64,000 nucleotides of DNA, from assembly GCA_047602405.1 (NCBI GenBank), contig JASGHJ010000001.1, positions 1,856,001-1,920,000 on the forward strand, in the 5' to 3' direction. The DNA is from Anaeromyxobacteraceae bacterium (lineage in GTDB: Bacteria; Myxococcota; Myxococcia; Myxococcales; Anaeromyxobacteraceae). The notes under the pieces are model-generated. The model was not told the DNA's origin. It searched no databases and worked only from the letters and a program-made list of their open reading frames with translations. Position numbers and translations under genes: made by a program. Shown here one piece after another: positions 17,554 through 27,113 of this stretch (the first letter of the stretch is position 1; the number at the start of each line of letters is the position of its first letter).

Positions 17554-18702
17554 TCACCAGGCGCGGGCGTCCCGGAGTTCGCCACGCTTCACCTCGACGC
17601 GGAACCTGCGCACGTCTTCCATGGTGTCTGCGCGTGTGAACGACACCGTCCAGGCACTGAGGACGCGCCAGCCGAGCATCTCCCGCGCGGCGGTCACCGC
17701 GTAGGTGATGCCGCCGACGGTTCGCTGCGATGCCTGCGGGCCTTCGGCGCGTTCGGCGTGGGCCTCGTAGAGGCCGGCGACGACGCTCGCCGCGGCTTCG
17801 CGGAACGGAGCGCAGGTGCCGTCGCGGCAGTCCTCGGGAACCCTATTGCTGGAGGCCTCGAAGGTGAGCCGGTAGCGGAGGCGCAGCTCGCAGGGGGCGC
17901 CGAACCGGTCGCCGTCCCAGCGGGACAGCCAGACCGTATCCTCGAGGTCGTACGGTGACGTCGCCGCTTCGACGGCGACGACCGCGTCGCCTAGGGACGC
18001 GAAGCCGCGGGTCGTGAGGCAGCCCGCTGCCTCGTCTTCGACGAACCAGGAGGGAGGGCTGTTGGCGGGTCGGGCGTGGCCGTCCACGTTCCGGAAGAAG
18101 GCCATCGTCCAGCAGAGGAGGGTTCCCCCTTGGGTCGCAGCCGCATACACCGCAGTTCCAGGGACCCGGTGGATGCGGATCGCCTGTGCCCGGTCCCCCG
18201 AGAAGGGCTCCTCTTCGAACGCGATGGGCGGTCGCTCCTGAGCACCCCAAGCGTTCCACGCCGAGAGCGTCGGCTCGCTCGGACCGGGAAGCGGTGGCGC
18301 GATCGGGACCAGCTCGGCGCGCGCGGAGGTCGGCGCCGAGCGCGCATGCGCGGCGACGTCCGTGCAGAGCGGGAGGGCCTGGCGGGCGGGCGGCTCCGAG
18401 AGCTCGGCGATGCGGCGGTCATAGAGGTTTCCCAGGCATCGGACGTCGTCCTCGCCGCATACCCGGTCGCGCTCCTCGAGCCAGACCCCCTGCGAGCGCT
18501 GCAGGGAGCGCCGCGCGGAGGGCGACGCGCGCAGGGCGGTCCGGTACGTGTCCGCGAGCTCGAGATCGAGCGCGGCGAGCGCCGGGGTCCGGCAGACGAG
18601 CCGCTCGACCTTGGTGGATGCGCGCGCGCAGTCGAAGCTCGGGCCGGCGTCCGGGGCGGACGCCAGGAGCGACGCGACGAGCATTGCCTCGAGGTGGGTC
18701 AT
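17554..18702 (-). CDS. LprI/DUF1311-type lysozyme-inhibitor-like secreted protein
   Basis: PSFDCARAST.VE.LVC..P.LAALD.EL..Y..SQ..WL.ERD.C motif. Confidence 0.75.
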   Translation of the reverse strand: MTHLEAMLVASLLASAPDAGPSFDCARASTKVERLVCRTPALAALDLELADTYRTALRASPSARRSLQRSQGVWLEERDRVCGEDDVRCLGNLYDRRIAELSEPPARQALPLCTDVAAHARSAPTSARAELVPIAPPLPGPSEPTLSAWNAWGAQERPPIAFEEEPFSGDRAQAIRIHRVPGTAVYAAATQGGTLLCWTMAFFRNVDGHARPANSPPSWFVEDEAAGCLTTRGFASLGDAVVAVEAATSPYDLEDTVWLSRWDGDRFGAPCELRLRYRLTFEASSNRVPEDCRDGTCAPFREAAASVVAGLYEAHAERAEGPQASQRTVGGITYAVTAAREMLGWRVLSAWTVSFTRADTMEDVRRFRVEVKRGELRDARAW

Positions 18703-18854
18703 GGCCGTCTCCGAGCGCGGACCGCGCGGGAGGCCGCCCGGTTGCGCTCGTGACCGCGAGTATGCACCCGGCGCGCCCGCCGGAACGCCCGGAACTTCGG
18801 CGTATTACCAGGCCGGTGGCCAGCGGGACACGGACCGCCGCCGCCGGAGAACCC

Positions 18855-19964
18855 TCACCCCGCCGCGGCGGTCGGCTCGAGCGCGGCGTCGCCGAGGGGG
18901 ACCTCGCGGCAGCCGTCGCCGGCGGAGCGGTAGGCGGCCTCGATGATCTCGATGCAGCGCTCGGCGTCCTGGGCGTCCTTGCCGGCCCACTCGCCGCGGC
19001 GGACGGCGCCGAGGAAGCGATCGAACATCGCGTTGAACCAGCCCGCGTGGCTCGCGTCCATCCAGTCGGAGCGGACCTTCCGGCGCTCGACGTCCCAGGT
19101 GACGGCGCCCTGGGCGACGTCGGGGCCGCCGGTGGCGCGCTGGGTGGCGACCTGGAGGTCGTCGTCGTCGACCGTCACCGCGCCCCGCTCGCCCTGCACG
19201 GTGTAGACGACCTTGCGGACGCCGGCGGTCCAGGTCAGGTGGACGTGCGCGAGGACGGCGCCGGGGAAGGTGAGCACCGCGGAGAAGTTGTCCTCGGTGT
19301 CCCAGCGCGCCGGCTCCTGGTTGACCATCTTGGCGGTGACCGAGACCGGCCACGCGTCGAGCCAGTCGAAGGTCAGGTAGAAGGTGTGGCTCCCGTGGTC
19401 CATGGCGATGCCGCCGCCGGAGGTGTGGACCTTGCGCCGCCAGTGGGTGTCGAACTCGGGCACGCCGCGCGCGTGGGTGTTCCGGAAGGTCTCGAGCGTC
19501 ACCGCGCGGACCGCGCCGATGCGCCCGGAGTCGATGACGTCGCGGATCGCCCGGACGACCGGCGCGTGGCGGTAGTTGTGGCAGGGGAAGATCACCCGGC
19601 GGGTGCGGCGGGCGTGCTCGAGGATCGCGGTCGCCTGGGCGTGCCGGACGGCGAGGGGCTTCTCGCAGAGCACGTGGAGGCCCGCGTCGAGGGCGCGGTG
19701 CGCGATCTCGGCGTGGTCGCACGGCGGGGTGGCGACGTCGAGGAAGTCGAGCCGGCCGGCCTCGGCGGCGAGCAGCGCCTCGGCCGAGGGGTACACCCGC
19801 GCGTGCGGCAGCCGCTCGCGCACGAGCGCGAGCCGGGCGGGCGTGGTGTCCGCCACCGCGACGAGCTCCACGTCGCGCCGCGCCTGGTACGCGGGCACGT
19901 GCCCGAGCGCGCCGATGAAGCCGTAGCCGACGAGCGCCCCCCGCAGCCGACCTTCGCGAGCCAT
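18855..19964 (-). CDS. Gfo/Idh/MocA family NAD(P)-dependent oxidoreductase
   Basis: VGYGFIG, ATPP..H, HVLCEKPL, GGG..MDHGSH. Confidence 0.9.
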   Translation of the reverse strand: MAREGRLRGALVGYGFIGALGHVPAYQARRDVELVAVADTTPARLALVRERLPHARVYPSAEALLAAEAGRLDFLDVATPPCDHAEIAHRALDAGLHVLCEKPLAVRHAQATAILEHARRTRRVIFPCHNYRHAPVVRAIRDVIDSGRIGAVRAVTLETFRNTHARGVPEFDTHWRRKVHTSGGGIAMDHGSHTFYLTFDWLDAWPVSVTAKMVNQEPARWDTEDNFSAVLTFPGAVLAHVHLTWTAGVRKVVYTVQGERGAVTVDDDDLQVATQRATGGPDVAQGAVTWDVERRKVRSDWMDASHAGWFNAMFDRFLGAVRRGEWAGKDAQDAERCIEIIEAAYRSAGDGCREVPLGDAALEPTAAAG

Positions 19965-20029
19965 GGTGCACCTTTCGGATGTCTGCTCGACCGAGGTTCC
20001 TCGAGACGACGACGTGCGTCCGTGCCCCT

Positions 20030-21370
20030 TCAGCGCCAGCGGCCCCCGTCCCGGAGCCAGGTGAACGCCTCGTCCAGGATCGCGAGCCCCTCGAGCGCGG
20101 TGTCCGCGTCGATGGTGAGCGCCGGCTGCAGCCGCACGTGCGGCGTGTAGACCATCGCGAGGAGCCCGCGCCGGACGCACTCCGCGTAGAGCGCCCTCGT
20201 CACGGCGGCGTCGAGAGGCTCCCGGGTCCTGCGGTCCTTCACGAGCTCCACCCCGAGGAAGAGGCCCGCCCCGCGCACGTCGCCGATGAACGGGTGCCGC
20301 TCCTGCATGCGCCGGAGCTCGTCGAGCATGCGCGCGCCGACGTACTCGGCGGCGTCCCAGAGCCGCTCGTCGCGGATGGTCGTGACCGAGGCGAGCGCCG
20401 CCGCCGCGGCGAGCGCGTTCCCGCCGTAGCTCGAGGACGCGCCCGACGGGTCCGCCCAAGGCCTCGTCGCGGCGATCTCGGTGCGGGTGAGGACGCCGGA
20501 GATCGGGAAGCCCGAGCCGAAGGCCTTGCCGAGCGTCACGACGTCGGGCCGCGCGCCGGTGTGGTCGACGCCCCACGGCCTCCCGGTCCGGCCGAAGCCG
20601 GTGATCATCTCGTCGGCGACGAACAGCGCGCCCGCCTCGTGCGCCGCCTCGGCGACGGCGGGCAGGAACTCGCGCGGCGGGATGACGTTGCCGGCGGTGC
20701 CCTGCATCGGCTCCGCGACCACCGCGGCGACCGGGCCGGCCCCGCCCTGGCGGATCGCCCTTCGCGCGAGCTCCGCGCAGGCGAGGCCGCACGACGGGTA
20801 GGCGAGCCCGAGCGGGCACCGGTAGCAGTCGGCGTAGGGCGTGAGCGCCGCCCCGGAGGGCAGCGGGCCGAAGGCGGCGCGGGCGGGCGAGCCCATGAGG
20901 GCCGCGGCCCCGGCGGTCTTGCCGTGGAACCCGCCCCAGAAGCCGACGACCGCCTCGCGCCGGGTGAACTGGCGGGCGAGGCGCAGCGCGGACTCCACCG
21001 CCTCGGCGCCCGACGAGTAGAGCTGCAGCCGGTCGAGGCCCGCGGGCGCCAGCGCGCACACGGCGTTCACGAGCTCGGCGCGCGGCGACGAGGTGAAGCT
21101 GCCCACGGTGAGCTTCGCCGCCTGCGCCTGCAGCGCGGCGACGTGCCGGGGATGGCAGTGCCCCAGCGCGTTCACGCCGATGCCGCCGACGAGGTCCACG
21201 AAGACGTTGCCGTCGACGTCGGTGAGGAGCGAGCCCTCGCCACGCTCCATCGCGACGCCGGCCCAGAGCGCGAAGCCCTGCAGGCCAGGCGCGAGGTGCG
21301 CCTGCTCGCGCGCGACCACCTCGCGCGAGCGAGGGCCGGGGACTTCGGTGCGGATGCGGACCTGGGCCAT
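20030..21370 (-). CDS. class III PLP-dependent aminotransferase
   Basis: SSGAEAVE, FHGKT, EPMQGTAG, DEMITGFGRTG, PDVVTLGKAFGSG. Confidence 0.92.
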   Translation of the reverse strand: MAQVRIRTEVPGPRSREVVAREQAHLAPGLQGFALWAGVAMERGEGSLLTDVDGNVFVDLVGGIGVNALGHCHPRHVAALQAQAAKLTVGSFTSSPRAELVNAVCALAPAGLDRLQLYSSGAEAVESALRLARQFTRREAVVGFWGGFHGKTAGAAALMGSPARAAFGPLPSGAALTPYADCYRCPLGLAYPSCGLACAELARRAIRQGGAGPVAAVVAEPMQGTAGNVIPPREFLPAVAEAAHEAGALFVADEMITGFGRTGRPWGVDHTGARPDVVTLGKAFGSGFPISGVLTRTEIAATRPWADPSGASSSYGGNALAAAAALASVTTIRDERLWDAAEYVGARMLDELRRMQERHPFIGDVRGAGLFLGVELVKDRRTREPLDAAVTRALYAECVRRGLLAMVYTPHVRLQPALTIDADTALEGLAILDEAFTWLRDGGRWR

Positions 21371-21526
21371 GGCCCTCCGGGGGCAGGCGGGAGTCGCCTC
21401 CGTCAACGTAGCGAGCGACGGTGCATTCCTGCCGCTGCGTTCTGCAATGGGGACGCCCCACCTCGACACGCGGTGCTCCGTGAGGGGCGTGTTGCCGGAC
21501 GGTCACGCACGGGATAACTGCGGGGC

Positions 21527-22303
21527 GTGCTGCGCTCGGTGCTCGAGAGCCCCGTCCTGCGCTGGGGTCCCCCGGCGCTCACCGCCTTCTTCCTCGCGGC
21601 GGTCGCGGCGTACGCGGTGAAGGCCGCGCTCTTCGGGCGGACGCGCGTGGCGCGCGTGGACCAGCTCGGCGGCAGCGCGGTGCTCTCGAAGGCGGTGATG
21701 GAGTCGTGGTTCTGGGCGACGACGCCCATCGTGCGGGGCTCGATCAAGGCGGGGCTCCACCCCGACGTCTTCACCTGGACGTCGCTCGTGCTCCAGGGGC
21801 TCGCGGCGCTCCTCGTCGCGGCCGGGTACTTCGCGCTCGGCGGCTGGGTCCTCGTCTTCGGCGCGTTCTGCGACGCGCTCGACGGCGCGGTGGCCCGCGC
21901 CCGCGGCCTCGCCTCCGACGCGGGCGAGGTGCTCGACGCGGCCGTCGACCGCTGGGCGGAGATGTCCGTCTTCGCCGGGTACGCCTACTACTACCGGGAG
22001 CTCCCCTGGGCGTTCGCGCTCGCGGCCGGGGCGAGCGCCGGCGCGGTCATGGTCAGCTACGCCCGCGCGAAGGCCGAGGGCTACGGCATCGACGCGAGGA
22101 TGGGGCTCATGCAGCGCCACGAGCGCGCGGCCTGGCTGTCGGTCGCGACGGTGTTCTCCGGCGTCTGGGAGACCTGGCACCCGTCGGCGGGCCCCGCGCT
22201 CCACCCGCTCGTGCTCGTCGCCCTCGGCGCGATCTGCGTGCTCGGCAACTGGACCGGCTGGCTCCGCACCCGGTACACGCGGGCGGAGCTCCGCAGGCGA
22301 TGA
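21527..22303 (+). CDS. CDP-alcohol phosphatidyltransferase
   Basis: DALDGAVARARGLASDAGEVLDAAVDR matches the DxxDGxxAR...GxxxDxxxD signature. Confidence 0.92.
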   Translation: MLRSVLESPVLRWGPPALTAFFLAAVAAYAVKAALFGRTRVARVDQLGGSAVLSKAVMESWFWATTPIVRGSIKAGLHPDVFTWTSLVLQGLAALLVAAGYFALGGWVLVFGAFCDALDGAVARARGLASDAGEVLDAAVDRWAEMSVFAGYAYYYRELPWAFALAAGASAGAVMVSYARAKAEGYGIDARMGLMQRHERAAWLSVATVFSGVWETWHPSAGPALHPLVLVALGAICVLGNWTGWLRTRYTRAELRRR

Positions 22304-22737
22304 GCGGACGGCTCCTCCTCGAGGCGGGCCGGTTCGTCCGGTCGAACCTGTCTTCGCTCGTCGCGACCGGGCTCGAGTGGCTGCTCGTGACCGGGCTCGT
22401 GGTCGCCCGCGCGCATTATCTCGCGGCCGCGGCGGCGGGCGCGGTGCTGGGCGCGGGGGTGGACTTCGGCCTGAAGCGCCACTGGGCCTTCCGCCGCGCG
22501 CGGAAGGGCCGGGTCCACCAGGAGGCGGCGCGCTACCTCGTCGTCTCCGCCGGCTCGCTCGCGCTCAACCTCGGGCTCTCCTGGCTCCTGGTCGACGGGC
22601 TCGGGCTGCCGAAGGTCCCCGGCATCATCGCCGCCTCGGTGAGCGTGGGCGCCGCCTTCAACTACCCGCTCCACCGGCACTTCACCTTCCCGCATGGCGT
22701 CCACCGCCCGGCCGAGGAAGGCGGCGGAGCGCGGTGA
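22300..22737 (+). CDS. GtrA-family membrane protein
   Basis: Four TM segments, F.LKRHWAF and NYPLHRHFTF motifs; ATGA overlap. Confidence 0.8.
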   Translation: MSGRLLLEAGRFVRSNLSSLVATGLEWLLVTGLVVARAHYLAAAAAGAVLGAGVDFGLKRHWAFRRARKGRVHQEAARYLVVSAGSLALNLGLSWLLVDGLGLPKVPGIIAASVSVGAAFNYPLHRHFTFPHGVHRPAEEGGGAR

Positions 22738-23403
22738 GGCCGCTCGCGGTGGTCTGCGACTTCGACGGGACCGCGACGGTGGACGACCTCGCCGACGCGC
22801 TCTCGATCGCGCACCTCGGCGAGGCCCGCTGGCGGGCGGCGAACGACGCCTTCCAGGCGGGCGCGTTCCCGTTCGAGGAGCTCTTGCGCCGGATCTTCGA
22901 GGCCCATCGCCGCGACCCGCGAGGGGCTCGCCGCGTTCGCGCGCGCCCACGCGCGCTTCCGGCCCGGGTTCGAGCGGCTCCTCGCCGCCTGCCGCGAGCG
23001 CGGCGTGCGCTTCGTGCTCGCCTCCGGCGGCCTCGACGTCTACCTCGAGCCCGCGCTCGCGCTCCTGCCGCCCGCGCTCGTGGCCGGGCTCGAGGTCCGC
23101 GCGAACCACGCCGAGCCGGTGCCGGGCGGGCTCGCGCTCTCGTTCCCGTGGAAGGACGCGCCCGGGGCGTGCGGGCGGTGCGGCTCCTGCAAGGGCGCGA
23201 TCGTGAAGGAGCTGCAGGCGGCGGGGCACCGGGTGATCGCCGTGGGCGACGGCAACGCCGACCGGTGCATGGCGGGCGTGGCGGACGTGCTCTTCGCCCG
23301 AGGCCGGCTCCTCGCGTGGTGTGCGCGCGAGGGGATTCCGTGCGAGCCGTTCGAGACGTTCGAGCCGGTGGTGGCGAGGGTCGAGGCCCTCGCCGGTTCC
23401 TGA
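22734..23403 (+). CDS. HAD-IB phosphatase (MtnX-like), apparent +1 frameshift at ~22901
   Basis: CDFDGT motif I, then SGG, CK and GDG..D motifs after removing one G. Confidence 0.8.
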
Positions 23404-23457
23404 GCCGCGACGCTTCGCCGCTCCCGCGGAGCGCCGATCCGGCGTAGACGGCGGGGC

Positions 23458-24240
23458 ATGGCCCTCCACGCGCTCCGCCCCGACTTCGAGGCCCGCCTCG
23501 CCGAGGAGCGCGCCGCGCACCCGGCCCGCGCGCTCCCGCCGCTCGAGGAGGCCAACCTCGCCCCGCTGCCGCCGCCGGTGCAGCATTTCCTGCGCCGGAC
23601 CGGCGCGGTCGGAAGGCCGCGGGTCGATCGCGTGCGCGTGGAGTGGGGCGCGCGCATGTGGCGGAAGCCCGGCGGCGCGCCCATGGACGCGCCCGCGGTG
23701 CAGCACTCCTGGTTCGGCGAGCGGCCGGCGCGGCTCTTCTTCATGACCGCGCGGATGTTCGGGCTGCCGGTGCAGGTGTTCCACGACTACCGCGGGGCCG
23801 AGGCCTCCATGCGCGTGCGGCTCGCCTCGCTCGTCGACGCGGCGAACGTCTCGGGCGAGGTCATGTCGCGCGGCGAGACGGTCACGATCCTCAACGACAT
23901 GTGCTTCCTCGCCCCGGCCACGCTGGTGGACCCGCGCCTCGCCTGGGAGCCGGTCGACGACCGGCGCGCGCGGGTCACCTTCCGGAACGGCCCGCACGCG
24001 GTCCGGGCCGAGCTCGTGTTCGACGCCGCGGACCAGCTCGTGAACTTCTTCTCCGACGACCGGCCCGCGCTCGTGGACGGGAAGCTCCAGCCCTACCGGT
24101 GGTCGACGCCCATCGCGGACTATCGCGAGGTGGACGGGCGCTTCCTCCCGCGCACCGGGCGCGCCGTGTACGCGTACCCCCAGGGCGACTTCACCTACGG
24201 CGACTTCGAGGTCCGCGCGCTCGCGTACGACGGCGTGTAG
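23458..24240 (+). CDS. conserved hypothetical protein (DUF6544-like)
   Basis: LPPPVQHFLR..G..G.P, GETVT.LND, WSTP..DYR pattern; strong GC3 bias. Confidence 0.65.
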   Translation: MALHALRPDFEARLAEERAAHPARALPPLEEANLAPLPPPVQHFLRRTGAVGRPRVDRVRVEWGARMWRKPGGAPMDAPAVQHSWFGERPARLFFMTARMFGLPVQVFHDYRGAEASMRVRLASLVDAANVSGEVMSRGETVTILNDMCFLAPATLVDPRLAWEPVDDRRARVTFRNGPHAVRAELVFDAADQLVNFFSDDRPALVDGKLQPYRWSTPIADYREVDGRFLPRTGRAVYAYPQGDFTYGDFEVRALAYDGV

Positions 24241-24386
24241 CCGGGGGCCAGGCCCTCGCGAACAATCGGTCAACCGCGCCAGATCGTCCGTGAGCCCGCG
24301 GGGATCGGCGTGTCCGGCACCGCCGGTCGCACCGCGGGTCGCGGGCGCCCGGGAACGGACCGCCGGGGCCGCGCGTCGTACCGGAC

Positions 24387-25019
24387 GTGCTGCCCCTGCC
24401 CGAGAACGTCGCCTCCACCCCGCCCGGCCCCGTGCCGGACGCGCTCCTCGCGGCCGTGCGCGGGCTGCTGCCGCTCGAGGCCTCCGTGCTCGACCCGCGC
24501 CCGCGGCGCCGCCGCAACGCCGCGCGGTGGGTCCTCCCCGCCCGCCAGGCGGCGGCGCTGGTCGACGCGCTCGCGTCCGGACACGGCGTGCTCGTGTCGA
24601 ACGGGCGCCGCGTGTTCACCGACATCCTCCAGCACGGCGACGGGCTGCGCTCGCTCTCCGCCCGCGCCACGCTCGTGCAGCTCGAGGGGCGCGGCCGCGT
24701 GGTGGTGCGCCTCGGCGTCCGGCTCGAGCGCGCGCCGCTCACCCGCCGCCTCCCGGGGCTCGCGCTCGTCGTCCTCGAGGACGAGGCCGGCGCCGCGGCC
24801 GGCGCCGCGGTGCGCGCGCTGCGGTCGCTCGGCGGCCGGCGCTGCTCGGCCGGCGTCGACGCCGTCGCGGCCGCGCTCGCGTCGGCCTCGCCCGGCGCGG
24901 GCCGCCTCGCCCCGGCCGTCCGGCTCGTCGAGGCGCTCGCCGGCGAGAACAATCCGTCACACGTCCGTCGAACGGACGCACGCGGCGCGCAGGAGAACCT
25001 CATGCAGGAGGAAGCCCCC
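24387..25019 (+). CDS. hypothetical protein; no stop before the downstream gene (reads through in frame)
   Basis: Strong third-position GC codon bias up to ~24945; 3' boundary uncertain. Confidence 0.4.
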
Positions 25020-25460
25020 GTGAACTTCATGAAGACCGTCGCCACCGTCACCCGCGCCGCCGCCGCCGCGGCGCTCCTCGCCACCGCCGGCCACGCCGCC
25101 GCCCAGGAGGGCCCGCCGCCCGGCCCGCCCCGTCAGCCGCCGCCCGAGGCCATCCAGGCCTGCAGCGGCAGGGCCGCGTCCGACGCCTGCCAGGTCAGCC
25201 TCGGCGGGCGCAGCGAGTCCGGCACCTGCTTCGCCTTCGACGGCACCACGCTCGCGTGCCGCCCCGCCCACGGCCCCGGCGGCCACCGCGGTCCGCCGCC
25301 CGAGGCGGTCGAGGCGTGCAAGGGCGTCGCCGAGGGCGAGGCCTGCGCCGTGACGCTGGGAGGCAACACGCTCGACGGCACCTGCGCGAAGGGCCCCGAC
25401 GGCTCCGGCACGCTCGCGTGCCGCCCGTCGAGGATGCCGCCGCCGCCGGACCGCCGCTGA
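25020..25460 (+). CDS. secreted protein with two PPPEA-x-AC...C...C...C repeats
   Basis: AGGAGG RBS, signal peptide ending AAA-Q, duplicated 4-Cys module. Confidence 0.7.
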   Translation: MNFMKTVATVTRAAAAAALLATAGHAAAQEGPPPGPPRQPPPEAIQACSGRAASDACQVSLGGRSESGTCFAFDGTTLACRPAHGPGGHRGPPPEAVEACKGVAEGEACAVTLGGNTLDGTCAKGPDGSGTLACRPSRMPPPPDRR

Positions 25461-25466
25461 GCGAAC

Positions 25467-25498
25467 CCGTTCGTCCCGGGCGCCCGTACGCCCGGGAC
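25467..25498 (-). repeat. degenerate REP-like hairpin, possible terminator
   Basis: CCGTTC tag followed by GTCCCGGGCG..CGCCCGGGAC hairpin just after a stop codon. Confidence 0.4.
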
Positions 25499-25762
25499 AG
25501 GAGGAAGCCGCGCCGCACGATCGCGCCGCCGAGCCCCAACCGCTGCGTTCCCGTCTCCGAGCCGGGGCCGCGCGGTCGGCGAGGGCGAGAGGAGAGACAC
25601 CCGGTCCCCCCTGGTGTTCGAGCCCTCGCTGGTGATCGTGCGGTGCGGTGTTGTACCGCCGGGCCGTTCGGGCCGCCGTCGAGTCGCGTGCGCGAGTTCC
25701 GGTTGCGGGAGGCGTCCTGCCGTGGTGCACTCCGGGTCCTGGTCGGGCCCCGGAGGTTCGTG

Positions 25763-26881
25763 ATGTCACGGACGGTGGCGGTCGTCGTCGCGGTGCTGCT
25801 GGTCGGTGTGGTGGCCGCGGTCTGGCGAGCCCGCTCGTCGGCGAAAGCGGGCGCCGTGTCGATGGCGCCTCGCCCCTCCGGCTTCACGGATCCGATCGAC
25901 GCCTTCTGGGCCTGGTGGAGGGAGGCCGGGCCGCGGCTGGCAGCCAGGATCGACGCCGGGAAGGCCGCGGAGATCGAGCCGGAGCTGACCCAGCACGTCC
26001 ACGCCATCGACGAGGGGCTCGCGTGGGAGACGGGCAAGGGCCTGCGAGGCGCCCGCCATCACCTCGCGCTCTCGGCGGAGGGGGACGCACGGCTCCGCGT
26101 CGTCACCGAGCGGTGGGTCTCGCGGGCGCCCGCGGCCGACGCCGCCTGGGAGTACTACCCGGCGAGGCAGGCATGGCACACCACAGGCGCACGCCTCACG
26201 ATGCACGACCCCGACTTCACCCTCGAGGAGGCCACGATGCGCGTCTCCCCGACGGTTGTCCCCGAGCGCGAGGTCCTCGACGTCCGGATCTACAGCCCGG
26301 CGTTCGCGAAGATCCCGGAGGACGCCAGGCTTCGGGGGACGTACCTCCTGCTCGACAACCTGCTCGGCGAGGATGCCGTGGAGAAGTGGCTCGGGCGGAT
26401 CGAGCCGGTCACGGAGCCGGTCGCGCCGAGCGAACCCCTCGTTGCCCTCCGGGAACAGGTGGCCCGCCTCGCGAGCACCGCGATCGGCGACCGCTGGGTG
26501 ATCCTGAAGGAGACCGACCCCGAGGGCGCTCCGATCTTCCACACGGTGAACCTCGCGCTGAAGCGCGTGGACCACCTGCTCATGGATCAGCACCTTGCCG
26601 TGACGCTCCCCCTGAAGACGCCCACCGCGGAGGGGCTGACCACCGACGCCGAGGCCGAGCGGCTGAACCAGCTCGAGGACGCGCTCCTCGCGGACCTCGG
26701 GCACGATGCAGTCCAGATCGGGCGGCAGACGGGGCACGGGCGGCGCACCATCCATCTGCACGCCGCGGCGGTCGGCCCTGCCGAGCAGCGGGCCCGGGAC
26801 TGGGCGAGAGGGGTGAACGGCTACGCGGTGGAGATCGACTCTCGCCCCGATCCTGGCTGGGAAATCCTGAAGCGGTACTGA
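25763..26881 (+). CDS. membrane-anchored DUF695-like protein
   Basis: N-terminal TM, FWAWW, LLLDNLLGE, GL....E...L..LED; GGAGG RBS. Confidence 0.65.
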   Translation: MSRTVAVVVAVLLVGVVAAVWRARSSAKAGAVSMAPRPSGFTDPIDAFWAWWREAGPRLAARIDAGKAAEIEPELTQHVHAIDEGLAWETGKGLRGARHHLALSAEGDARLRVVTERWVSRAPAADAAWEYYPARQAWHTTGARLTMHDPDFTLEEATMRVSPTVVPEREVLDVRIYSPAFAKIPEDARLRGTYLLLDNLLGEDAVEKWLGRIEPVTEPVAPSEPLVALREQVARLASTAIGDRWVILKETDPEGAPIFHTVNLALKRVDHLLMDQHLAVTLPLKTPTAEGLTTDAEAERLNQLEDALLADLGHDAVQIGRQTGHGRRTIHLHAAAVGPAEQRARDWARGVNGYAVEIDSRPDPGWEILKRY

Positions 26882-27113
26882 GCCCTTCCGCCTGGCTCCC
26901 CCGAAAGAAACGTCCGCCGAATCAAGTTACTAATGGTGAATGTCGCGCCTGGCGCCGAAGGGCCTGGCGCGGCCGCCCGGGCGCGCCGTTCGGCGGCTCT
27001 GGGCCCGCCGGTCGCGCTTCGCCGGGCTCGGAGCGAGCATTTCCGGGCCTCTGCAGGGGTTCCAGCGGCCGTGTGGCCGGAACATTCGGCCTCTCGGGGC
27101 CGCCGGCGCCCGC

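Noticed and set aside
16612..18702. Prophage or integrated element around the toxin-antitoxin and LprI genes
   Set aside because: Codon usage looks somewhat atypical, but no integrase, transposase, tRNA or att-like direct repeats were seen.
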